Origin: Thecamonas trahens ATCC 50062
Taxonomy: Eukaryota; Protista; Apusomonadida
NCBI RefSeq assembly: GCF_000142905.1
Contig: NW_013657623.1
Location: 183,337 to 247,336 of the forward strand
Direction of reading: 5' to 3'
Length of the DNA: 64,000 nt
The notes below the pieces were generated by a model. The model did no database searches and was not told the DNA's origin. It saw only the letters and a list, made by a program, of their open reading frames with translations. Within the stretch, counting starts at the first letter, position 1, and each line of letters starts with the position of its first letter. Both the position numbers and the translations under genes were made by a program. Positions 44,801 to 54,102 of the stretch are shown piece after piece.

Positions 44801-46453
44801 TGGGGCTTGGGGTGGGTGACAGCAGTCATGGAGACGCGGCAGTCGGTAATTGACTTTGCGCGGTTTATCCGCGAGTTGGAGCTGTCTTCGGGCCCGGTGA
44901 CAGTGATGGCGACGCATGCCGAGCTAGAGGCGATCGACGTCGACGCAGGGCGGCGGACCCTTGCCGGGCCCGCCATGAGCGCCATGCGCACCAGCTGGCG
45001 AGCCATGTTTGGCCCATACCGCAACGAGAATCTCACTCGGCACACGGGTAATGGGCACGCCCCATCGAGCGCAACCGGAGTGTTTGCGGTCGGCGAGCTG
45101 GCATCTGTGCTCAAGGGTGACGTCCATGTCACGCTGCACAAGGTCGGCCAGCCTGGCGTGTGGCAGCTGCTGCGAGTCGGAGAGGCGCCTGTTGAGCTCG
45201 ACGCTGACGCTGTCGCAAGAGATGGGACGCTCGGCAAAGGAGCGAGACGGCGGGGCAGGGCCATGTCGGCTGGTGCGGCCAGCGAGGCGCTTTCGTCGGA
45301 ACTGTCATCGTCATCGTCAAGCCTTAGCGGCGAAGAGCGAGAGAGCACAAGCATTGCTGAACGGGTTGCATCTGCAGGAACGCTTGGCGTGCAGGAGCAG
45401 TCGCGAGCGATGCTTCGCGAGGTGACAGCCGGCGTGACGGCGCTGCACCTGCTGACGACGAGCGAAGTGGCAGCGATGGTGGAGCAAGGTGGCGAAGTAT
45501 GGCAGAGCTCACTAGGCGTTTCGCACAAGGCCGAGCTTCCGTACGGCGACGATGAGGAGCTCACGCACCCTGTAGTCGTCAAGGTTCTCGCGCGGCAGAC
45601 GTACTCGGCATCGGAGCTGGTGGTGTTTGCGGCAGTGTGTGTGGAGGCAGCGGCGACGCAGGTGGGCGGCGTGATGGGGCCGATTGCGGTGTGTGTAGAG
45701 GCACCGTACATGGCAATTGTGACGCCGCGGTTTGAGCAGGGCTCGCTAGCGGATGCGCTGACGCTCTCGATCTCATCTGTGACAACACAGCGGGTGCGCG
45801 ATGTATGTGTCTCGATACTGTCGGGTCTTGCAGCACTGCATGCGGCGTCGGGCCGCGGGCACGGCGCGCTCCGCCCGTCGAACATCATGCTCGAGGGCCG
45901 CGGCTTGGGCGAGGCAGCGTCGCGGCGGCTGGCGGTGACGCTGGTCGACTTTGGGCTAGAGGCGGTGCGGACTAACCTGGGGACGGTGACGCAAGTGCCG
46001 GTTGTGCGGTACATGTCGCCTGAGGCGCTTCGTGGGGTGGCCGGCTCGCAACAGGGCGACATCTTTGTGGCGGGCACCATCATATACGAGCTCGTAACCG
46101 GCTTTCCCGCCTTTGGCGACGAGAGCTCGTCGCTCGAAGCGGCGATGGACATTGTCGACGGAAAACGGCCGGTGCTCGATGAGCATCTTGTCTTCTCCGA
46201 GTCGCTGCGGAGCCTCATCCAGCGGTGCTGGCTAGAAAATGCCCAGCTTCGGCCGAGTGCTGATGAGTTGCTGAGCGAGCTGAGCAAGCTAGCCGTCGGC
46301 GACTTTATCGGTGTCCAACGGCGAGCTGCGCACGGCCGGACCATTCCCGCGGGAGCAACAGCCTCCGAGTCAAGCTCGACAGCACGATCCGGTGTGAGCA
46401 TGGGCACCCACGGCCCGCCACGACCGCATCCTGCCCAGCTCCGCCTCACATAG
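41813..46453 (+). CDS. Receptor-like TKL protein: solute-binding ectodomain, FN3-associated/chitobiase-C repeat, TM, pseudokinase, degenerate class III cyclase, second pseudokinase
   Basis: Signal peptide; SBP family 1 motifs (MVPLDEV, RYGVP, YRKSMFAALGVTVP.HW..LL); TPNATMYYTLDGSMPT..S.KY.GPF; TM. Kinase 1 GLGVFG..VVVK..HGSL..DFG..WLAPE; kinase 2 VVVK..HGAL..N..DFG..YMSPE. Confidence 0.85.
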   Translation: MGWICVWSRTLPSLVVVVVLVLALAVVDSRSNGPVTEAAEWPASDAVQPRVRIAAYYQGSSPHISLLQQWIAAYNAYAAGNTSAELVLYPLPDSFEESLPWVLGGMDVILTYPSHGETLLTGAYMVPLDEVWQRNDLEDAVLAVLKRTLAAGGDHRYGVPALALAGVCTYRKSMFAALGVTVPSHWTALLALCAKAKAAGRMCLAVDVGIEGASALFDLLFIRMYGHKAYSAFLLGDVSFVDGPVRSVMEEIIWLHEAGYYVASDTPAGRKLPHSRGVLSNSSVISCGVDMFASMMSRDESADDLASFAFPVYDGPIGSGRGAADMHSAPSTSVYLAAPRSATNVAGAVDFLAFVSSAAGRSILSAWLSQTHASWGVPVFKSVADELASQRTALGRQLLDSDTAPPLPFSRRGLSPHQLSVSWIKLLGNVQLAATVADAREELDAGLETMEAIRLAERFHKASPPRMLPVSGTYLGDVEVTMTSVTPNATMYYTLDGSMPTPRSAKYRGPFRVRGEVTTVRAIAVAFALYESTVAQAEYKTASSAQSYLGADDDSLKVALGVSTAVVACAVVAIAVGVLAVRRRFRRTDVAPLGDKAIPFDELDVKGVVGLGVFGMEYMGAWQGKAVVVKHLSNFPTHGSFRREFNVNWAALADEMEHVMHLSHPNVSAVLGLARSPPVLVNEFVPRGSLYNVLHTRHIALDSSVIFMWAHKLCEGMAYLVEHGVTHGSLSSLSIRLDNGWQPKLCDFGFPLLRTGSTSARNALDRTHLVESGRLVASSSGFGLSSTYMSTGHGPRLMAAVLEGSLSAGSTSQMFGSVTEGEMNVAKELPSAESMYWLAPEVLQLGANGLSRAADAYALGIVLWELTTRRDVYWAENPLAAALDVVRNERRPNVGEVPVVFDDIRSVMVELWRPEPEARMEFVVAAHALGALYSESHVILPRCMAAVVGRTTVVHCELLGALRGLLCGSKAETARLTAFHHGLPELAKRTGGTVFEWGLGWVTAVMETRQSVIDFARFIRELELSSGPVTVMATHAELEAIDVDAGRRTLAGPAMSAMRTSWRAMFGPYRNENLTRHTGNGHAPSSATGVFAVGELASVLKGDVHVTLHKVGQPGVWQLLRVGEAPVELDADAVARDGTLGKGARRRGRAMSAGAASEALSSELSSSSSSLSGEERESTSIAERVASAGTLGVQEQSRAMLREVTAGVTALHLLTTSEVAAMVEQGGEVWQSSLGVSHKAELPYGDDEELTHPVVVKVLARQTYSASELVVFAAVCVEAAATQVGGVMGPIAVCVEAPYMAIVTPRFEQGSLADALTLSISSVTTQRVRDVCVSILSGLAALHAASGRGHGALRPSNIMLEGRGLGEAASRRLAVTLVDFGLEAVRTNLGTVTQVPVVRYMSPEALRGVAGSQQGDIFVAGTIIYELVTGFPAFGDESSSLEAAMDIVDGKRPVLDEHLVFSESLRSLIQRCWLENAQLRPSADELLSELSKLAVGDFIGVQRRAAHGRTIPAGATASESSSTARSGVSMGTHGPPRPHPAQLRLT

Positions 46454-46916
46454 TTGCTCATCGTAAATGAAGCGGGAGCCAGCGTAGGCGGTGGGGTCAG
46501 TGCGATGAGAGGACCGAAAGCGGTGATGGTTCGGATCGCCCGCTTAGCGACACGCCGCTGCAGTTGGAGGGAGGGGAGGAGGGGGGAGGGGGGGGGGGGG
46601 GGGTATAGGCATGTTGCACACATACACTTCTCCTCAAGTGTCCTAGGTGGGCAGATAGAGAGAGAGAGAGTGTGTGTGTGTGTGTGTGTGTGCTACATCC
46701 AGAAGACTGTGGCCGCGAGTGCCAAGCAAGCACCACTTGTTGAGCAACGTGTCGAGCTGCGTGTTGAGCAACAAGTGCAGACGCGAGACCGACCAAGGCA
46801 GGACAAGGGCAGGCCGCGAACAAAGCCGTACCAACCAACCAACCCCCTCCTCCTGTCAGTGACCGTCACAGGCAAGAGACACTGAGGCAAGTGAGGCACC
46901 CACGTTCTGTGTCACA

Positions 46917-48782
46917 ATGCCAATGGAGTCGATGCTGCTGAGACGCAGAGTCTTGCGCAATCGGACTGTCCGGATTCCCGCCTCGCCCACAGAGTCTGCC
47001 GTTGCGCTGGCCAACGTCTTGCCATCGCCGCGTCGGTCGGCTCGCGGGCGGCCTGACATGTCACCGCCATCGTCGTCGCCGCCGCCGGTGGAGACGATGC
47101 AGTCGCGCGGGGGATCGCCTCGGCGTGTCACTCGCGGCGCGTCGTCGTCGGTCTTTGCCTTTGACAGCCATACCGAGGCGGCCGGCCCATCGCCTGCTGA
47201 TTCGCACAGCCGGTCGCGGTCACAGTCGCGGTCGCGGTCGCGGTCGCGGTCGCAGTCGGTGGCGCGCGAGGTGCGCGAGCGGAGCGTGACGATCGAGGTG
47301 GACGTTGGAGCAGAGAGCAAGGAGCCGATGGCGATGAGGATGGAGACTGTCTTTGCCTTTCCGTTCAACTACGGTGATGAGGCGTTGGAGGCCAAGGGAA
47401 TGGGCAGCGGGGTGGGCACGACGCTGCAACGATTTGTGTCGGCAACGAACACGCTTGTGGGCGCTGCTGTCGGTGCCCCGCTCGATCAGTGGCAGCCTGG
47501 CGAGTCTGCCCGGAACAAGGATATGGAGTTTGAAGAGATGCTCCTGGTGCGCCGGCTCGCTGCGCTCGAGCTGGGGTACGCGGATGCGCGCGTAGTGGCA
47601 GACCGGGTGGGGACCGAGGCGTGGTCGCTGCCGGTGGCCCTCCACATTGCAGGAGGTGTTTCCGCCGAGCTGGTGAGCGTGGAGGTGCAGCTCTACTCCA
47701 AGTCGGTCGGCCTTCTCATGTTTTCGGTTGCGTCCGACGAGCGTGTTGAGATCAACGAAACCATTGTACTGATCAACGTGCTGCGGCGGCTGACCGAGGC
47801 CGACAACGTCTTTGTCACGCCGCATCAAGAGCACTCGCCGCAGCGGCGGCAGCGGAGGCGGGCGTCGGGTGGCGGCAGCGGGCTCTTTGGCACGCCGCGG
47901 GTCTCGACTGTCGGGCCTGAGGCACCGGTCGCGTTTGCCTCGCGCGACCTCGTGTCGTCGGCGCTCAACGCAACGCTTGGACGCGGGGCGTGGACAGCGG
48001 CCGGTGGCCTCGATCGGCTCTTCACTTACACCACGGTACTGGCGTCGCTGCCAGAGGAGGCCAACGACTTTGCGCTGCGGCGCAAGGTAGCGTACCATCT
48101 GGCGACGGTGACGCGGCTGCTGACGCGAGTCGACGAGTCGTTCATCGAGGAGTTCACCGAGAAGAATGGGTACGGGCGGTTCCTGACCGAGGCCGAAGGC
48201 GGCTCGCACATTGTGTTCTCGCACAACGGTGGAGCTGCGGTGGTGGTGGGCGCGCCAGGCTGCGACTCGGCGGCCATGCTGGCCAAGGGCTGGAAGGGCA
48301 CTCAGCGGTATACCAAGGCGCTCATCGAACCGCTTCTCTACCAGCGGACGTATCTGCAATCGCTCGGGGAGCAGCTCTCTGAGCTGATGCTCGCGCGACG
48401 AAAGACAAGCTGCCTCGACGAGCTCGCTGAGATCCACGGCTCGGTGCTGGAGTTCAAGGCGCGCTACTCGCAGCGGTCGATCTTCAAGACCCGGTCGATG
48501 AAGGAGCTGTTCGCGATCTGGTCAGCTACCGTCGGGCTCGACGTGCTCAACTCGTCGCTTGCCAGTTCTATCGGCGACCTGCACACCTACTACTCGGACG
48601 TCTCGTCGCGCAACACCCAGAAACGGCTCGACGTCCTCGCGGTTGTCCTTGGCATGCTCACGCTCGCCGAGCTCGTCATCAACGTCTACTTTTCTGACGC
48701 CGACTGGTGGGTCCCGCTGGCTGTCATCGGCGTCTTTGGCGTCCTCGCCGCCATCATCCTCATGCTGTACGTGTTCAAGTGA
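46917..48782 (+). CDS. Uncharacterised protein with a long helix and two C-terminal TM helices (CorA-like topology)
   Basis: 621-aa ORF ending SSRNTQKRLDVLAVVLGMLTLAELV..WWVPLAVIGVFGVLAAIILMLYVFK. No GMN motif. Confidence 0.6.
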   Translation: MPMESMLLRRRVLRNRTVRIPASPTESAVALANVLPSPRRSARGRPDMSPPSSSPPPVETMQSRGGSPRRVTRGASSSVFAFDSHTEAAGPSPADSHSRSRSQSRSRSRSRSQSVAREVRERSVTIEVDVGAESKEPMAMRMETVFAFPFNYGDEALEAKGMGSGVGTTLQRFVSATNTLVGAAVGAPLDQWQPGESARNKDMEFEEMLLVRRLAALELGYADARVVADRVGTEAWSLPVALHIAGGVSAELVSVEVQLYSKSVGLLMFSVASDERVEINETIVLINVLRRLTEADNVFVTPHQEHSPQRRQRRRASGGGSGLFGTPRVSTVGPEAPVAFASRDLVSSALNATLGRGAWTAAGGLDRLFTYTTVLASLPEEANDFALRRKVAYHLATVTRLLTRVDESFIEEFTEKNGYGRFLTEAEGGSHIVFSHNGGAAVVVGAPGCDSAAMLAKGWKGTQRYTKALIEPLLYQRTYLQSLGEQLSELMLARRKTSCLDELAEIHGSVLEFKARYSQRSIFKTRSMKELFAIWSATVGLDVLNSSLASSIGDLHTYYSDVSSRNTQKRLDVLAVVLGMLTLAELVINVYFSDADWWVPLAVIGVFGVLAAIILMLYVFK

Positions 48783-48831
48783 TGAAGTAGCGGGCTCACA
48801 GGCAAGTGGACTCCGGTGGAGCTCTCGGTGT

Positions 48832-51800
48832 TTACTCGCTGGCGTTGAGGTCGTCAAGGCCAGGCGGGCGCATGCAGACTGCTGACGGGCTCGGCTCAAA
48901 GGCGGCAAGCATGGAGACGAGCGCAGACATGGGAAGATTGTGGACGCCGCGGGAACGAAGACGCGCGAGATCGGCGCCGGTAGTGACCAGCTCGAGGATG
49001 CCGACGGCGTAGCCGGCCTTGGTGGCCGAATCTAGGTAGGGCGCCAGGCTTGCAAGCGTGACCGATGTGTTGTCGACAATGACCAAGCCGACGTCGGTGG
49101 CAAGAGCATCATTAAAGGCTGTCTGGCACGCGGCGTGGGCGAGTGGGAGGAGGCTGGTGTCAAAGACGGCGGCGTAGACCTCGTGAGGCAGCATGCCCTT
49201 GCGCTTCTTGGCGGTCAGCTTGCCGGCACCGGCCTCAAAGTAAGCATCTGCCGAGACGACCGAAATCTCGTCGCCGGCACGTCCGAGCTGAGCTACGATC
49301 TCGGTGATGAGCGTCGACTTGCCGGTACCGGGCAAGCCGCGGACGAGGAGAACTTTGCGCGTGGCCTTGCCCAGAGGATCCAGCACATGTTCGATGACGT
49401 GAGATGGAGTGGCCACATGGAGCGGCGACGGTGCCGGTGGTGCTTTCCCGGCATCGTCGCGCCAGGCCGCGTACGGTCGCGTGATGGTGACCGTGAGCTT
49501 ACGCGAGGCCTTCTTGCCTTCGGCGTGCGTAGAGAAGCCGTAGCTTTCCGCAAGCTCGTGAATGATCTTGCGCTGGTCGGCTGTGGTGGTGCCGGCCTTG
49601 AGTTTGAGTTTCTCGCCCGGAAGGCCGGCCTCGAGAAGCGTGGCAAGATCACGGCGGAGGCGCGTAGGAAGGCCGATGGAAGCGATGGCGTCAGAGAGTG
49701 CATGCCATGAAAGGCTGGCCGGCACTGCGCCGGCATGGTGCGTGTCGCTGCCAGTGATTGTGTGCCCGACATGGCCGACGAGTCTCGCAAGGGTTGGTGG
49801 AACGTCTGCGCGCTGTGCACCAGCGCAACCAGCAACGTCAAGCCCGATCGCTGGCGCTCTTCCCGAAGCCATACCGAGTGTGAGATGGGCAACCTGGCCG
49901 TGCGCAAGCGGCATGCGAGCAGGCAGGTCGACGAGGGCAACAAGGCCAGCGTCCGGTACATAGGCAAACGACGCAGCCGCAAACTCAATGGAGGCGCCGG
50001 TGAGTGGAATGAGCTCGGCGAGGAGATCGTTAGCGGGGCGGTGAGCAAGGGTGATGTGCGGCGGAGCGAGCGGGCGAAGAAGATTACAGCTGCTCGCGTC
50101 AGGGCTGAGGCCAAGGCCAAGAAGCGCCGCATGCCACAGGGCGTCCGCGTCCTTCTCCGAGACAAAGATCGCTGTGTAGATGACAGCAGCGTCGGTCGGC
50201 AGTGGCAGAGCAGTGATCACACCTGGGGGCGCCGGGGCGGTGGATCGGGGGTAGCGGGCGAGCGCGCGCGGCGATGCATGACACTCGTGGCGGTGAGTGT
50301 AGATGCGAGCGAGAGGCTCTGGCAATGCGTTCGAGACAGCAAGAAGGCTGGTGAGGGATGTGGCGGCAGCGTCGAGACAAGCGGGAGGCAGAGGACGGGC
50401 GCACCAGTCCAGATCGTCATGGGCGTCGGGCGCGCAAAACGCGCGAAGCGGAGCAGAGTCGGGCAGGGTGGCCAGAGCGGCGTCAATGTCGCGGCCTGCA
50501 GTGATGACACGGATGTCAAGTCCGGGCGTGGCAGCCATTCGCGTGATGACTGTGCCGAGATTGCAGCTGGCCTTGACGAGGTGCGGCGAGTCAGTGATGA
50601 GGCTGCAGAGAGCGGCGACGAGGTCGGGCGGAAGAAGGGTAAAGGTGAGGAGGTCGATGGCCCAGGAGCGGGGCGGGGCGTTGGGTGTCTCGAGGGCAAG
50701 GCCTAGAACAAGCGGGCTTGTGCGTCCGCCGCCCGGCCAGAGCTGAAGAGCAACCGCGCGTAGGTCCGGCACTGCGAGTGCGTCGACGAGACCGGCGATG
50801 CCCCAGGTTGCCGGTGGAGGAGCTGGCGATGGTGGAAGAGACAGGGTTGGAAGGCTAGGGGCATCAACAGCGCCGACAAGAAGCTTCAGCTCGTAGGCAG
50901 AGCGCTGTGGTGTGGAATGGTGGACAAAGACCCCGCCGCGGGCGATCCAGGGGTGCGATGCTTGAGCGAGTCATCGATGAGGACGGCGCCAGGGATCGCA
51001 AACGGAGACTTGTCCGAATCCTCAGCAAAGAGCACACGGTCAGCGGGTAGGCCGAGATGGGCCTTGCACCAGGCTCGCTTTTTCTTGCGGGCCTGCTTCC
51101 CGATTTTGCCGTGAGGCACAGCAGTGAGGATGTGGAGCGAAGCGATGGCACCGGCAGCACGCAGGTCGAGAAGGGACTTCCACAGGATGGCAGCGCCGTC
51201 TGTCAGAGCGAGTGAGCCAAAAAAGCCCGCGCTCGAGCCGATGAGTTTCCACATCTTGGCCGGACCGAGCTCTGCCGAGCTCATGCCGCGCGAGAGGGCA
51301 CGGACGCCAGCCTCAAAGTCAGCGAGTACGCCGTCGAGGTCGCAGAAGACCGGTGGGGGCCTGATGGCGAGCGAATTGAGCTCGATGCGGCAAGCAGGTC
51401 AGCCTTGTCGGACTCGACAGCGAGTCGGATAGCAACTCCGCGGTCGATGGATGCCTCGATACCGGTGGTGAGCTGGCGGAGAGTGATGGAAGAGCCAACC
51501 GGGACAAGGCAGGCAGCGATGGCACGAGTAGCACCTGATGCGGCGTCGGTGGCGCAGACGCGCCAGTGGGCGAGAGCAGCCGAGCCCGAGAAGGCCGAGA
51601 CGGCAGCAGCGGGCGGGAGGAGATCGATTCGGAGCTCGCGCGAGCCGTCCTTGCAGTACTTTTCCCAGAGGCCCTTGATGGCACCAGTCGACGGGGCGTA
51701 GCCCGGCTCGACAGCGAGACGCGTGGCGTCGCCGACGGACCGGACCGGAAGGCCGAGGTAGGCAGCGATCTTGCGTGGAAGGTAGGTGTTGAGCAGGTGC

Positions 51801-53779
51801 TTGCGGGTCCTGCGGGAGATGGGGACAAGGCTAGACGGCAAGAGATCGGCCGCGGATACAAAGGTAAGGTCTGCGGTGGTAGCGGCCAACGATGCGGTGG
51901 CACTCGGTCCAGGCTCGAAGAATGCCCGATCCGAGGCGGCGAGCATGGCCAAAGAGGCGTCCCAGGCCAGCCCGAGCCAGGACTCGAGGTCATCGACCGG
52001 GGCCGAGGCGAGCGATGCACAGAGGAGATCAAAGCCGCGAATGGCATCGCCCTTGATGTAGGCGGCAACCATGGTCTCGGATGGAGCAAGGGCTGAGGCG
52101 CGGCCTGCTGCAAGCGCCGCGCGCATGTTGGCCTTTGCGCTGCCAATGCGTGGCGAGACGGCGGCAGCCCAGGCGATCCAGGCAGCATTAAGAGCGGCGA
52201 GACGGGAAGCTGCAAGGGCAAAGAAACGCTCGAGCACCGCGCGCTGCCTGGCACGCTCTGCGGTGTCGAGATGACTGCGGCGCAAGAGGCTGGCCAGGAG
52301 AGCAAGGGTATCGTCGGGTGCGTGAGCGGCGTCGATGGCCGAGGCCCAGAGGGCGGCAGCCGGCGCGCCGATGAGGGTCGGGCGGAGCTTGAGCAGCTCG
52401 GCAAGGAGCAAGCACGGCTTGCCGCCGCCGCGCTTGGCAGCACGCGCGAGGGCGACGTACCACTCGGTTTTGATCTTATACAGCGCCGCGCGAGTACCGG
52501 TGCCGATGGTGAGGACACCGCCTTCGGTGCCGACAAGCGGGGCGAGAGCATCGATGACGCCGGAAAGACCACCCAAGGAGCGAACGGTAGCATCATCCAT
52601 GAGCAGCTGGGTAATCGGAAGGTTGTAGCTCGCAGCCAGGTCCTCGAGCCATTCTCGATCCATGTAGCCGCCGGAAACGTTGTCTCGCGCGGCAAGGAGG
52701 ACGAGGGCGGCGGTAGAGGGCGGGTGGGCGATGACGCCCGGCGAGCCAGCGCACCACTCGAAGAGCAGGGTCACACCGTGGACAGCAGCAGCATGAAGAG
52801 CGGCGGCATCATAGCCGGGCACAGCGGCGGCATGGGCGGCAACGGTCAGCGAAGGCAGGCCGCGGGTGGCCCAGACGACAGTCGAGCCGAGAACGATGGG
52901 CGAGGCGAGCGAGCCGTCGAGCTTTTCGGAGACCAGGACTGGGAGGCCGTCAGCGAGGGCACGGGCGACGGCGTCGGCGACAAGGTCAAAAGCGGTTTCT
53001 GCGAGCTCGTCGATGTTGAAGAACTTGTGGAAGCGGCGGGCGAGGACGGCGCCAGAGCGGGCGTCGACGATGAGGCCGCGAGCCTCGCGGCGGGCGGCCC
53101 GGCGCCAGGCCTCGGCTGCGCGCTCGCTTCGCTTGCAGCCAGTGAGATCATCAAGCGGTGGGAAGGCATCGGCCATTGATGCCACGTTCTTGTAGTCGTA
53201 GGCGATGTAGGCAGCGTCGGGCGCGACGTCGATCTCGCGAGTGACGAAGCAGTCTGCGCCGGCAAGCGCTGCAGCCATTCGGCTCCGTACGTCGCCTTCA
53301 AGGCTGGGGTAGGCGCCCGAGAGAGCGTACGGCTCCAATGCTGAAAGAGGAGGAAGCGAAGTGGCGAGGCAGCTCTTGGGTTTGGGATCGGGGTTGGCGA
53401 CGGGCGACGGGTTGGCGATGGGAGACGGCAGCGGGTTGGTAGCGGCCAGCGGCGGAAGCGGGAGATCAAGCGAGCGGGCATGGGCGAGGTGACTTGATGT
53501 CGAGTGCATAAAGTCGGCGCCGTTGGCAGAGACGCACACGAGTGAGCCATCGACGAGGACGGCGTCAAGGTGACGCTGCGGCGAATCGGAGAAGAGCTCG
53601 TCACCCGAGTCGAAAAGAAAGATGCGAACCGAGGCCGCCGCCCGTGCCGGAAGCTTGAGCTTGGAGATGGCAGCCTTGACGAGGGCGGGCCAAAGCGGAG
53701 GAATAACGACGGTCGAGCATGCCACGCCGCGGTTCTTTCCGGCGTTGCGGCAGAAGGAGATCCGTCGGCGAGAGGCCAT
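48832..53779 (-). CDS. Multidomain RNA repair protein (~1650 aa): Ubl-like, T4 Rnl1-type RNA ligase, unknown domain, HAD (NT5C-like) phosphatase, degenerate DnaQ-like exonuclease, 2H phosphoesterase, R3H, P-loop polynucleotide kinase; two -1 frameshifts near 51357 and 50951
   Basis: Ligase: REARGL, FHKFFN, EKLDGS, TLLFEW, LVLLAARD, TEGGVL, YKIK. HAD: VFCDLDGVLADF (upstream of the ORF-track start 51284), ILTAVP, VLIDD, WIARGG..HH. 2H: HIT..HLT. R3H: RKIIH..YGF. Kinase: RGLPGTGKST, SADAYF, VIVDNT, RGVHN. Confidence 0.82.
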
Positions 53780-54102
53780 GGGTGGAAGAGGAGTGGTGTG
53801 AGATGATGATGTGGTGGGGAGAGGGTGGGGCGGGTGGAAGGGTGACGGGTGGCGGGTGACGGGTGGGGGGATATATTTTATACAATTTTATCTCAAGCAC
53901 CGAGACGGGGGAGAACCACGACCTTTTTCGGTCGAGTGGGCAAAGTGGTGAATGGGCGCGACATCTCGCAAGAGAGCGCCAGACAGGGGGAGCGTGGGTG
54001 GGGCGAGGGCGGAGGGGGGAGGGGGACGGGGGAAAGGCACACACCTGACTCGCAGGAGCAGTGGGTGTAGAGGAGGCGTGGCGTGCGGAGGGGCCAAAGG
54101 AG

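Noticed and set aside
50940-51365. Programmed -1 ribosomal frameshifting in the RNA repair gene
   Set aside because: No X XXY YYZ slippery heptamer is shared among the sites, and the same defect occurs in unrelated genes such as exportin, which favours sequencing error.
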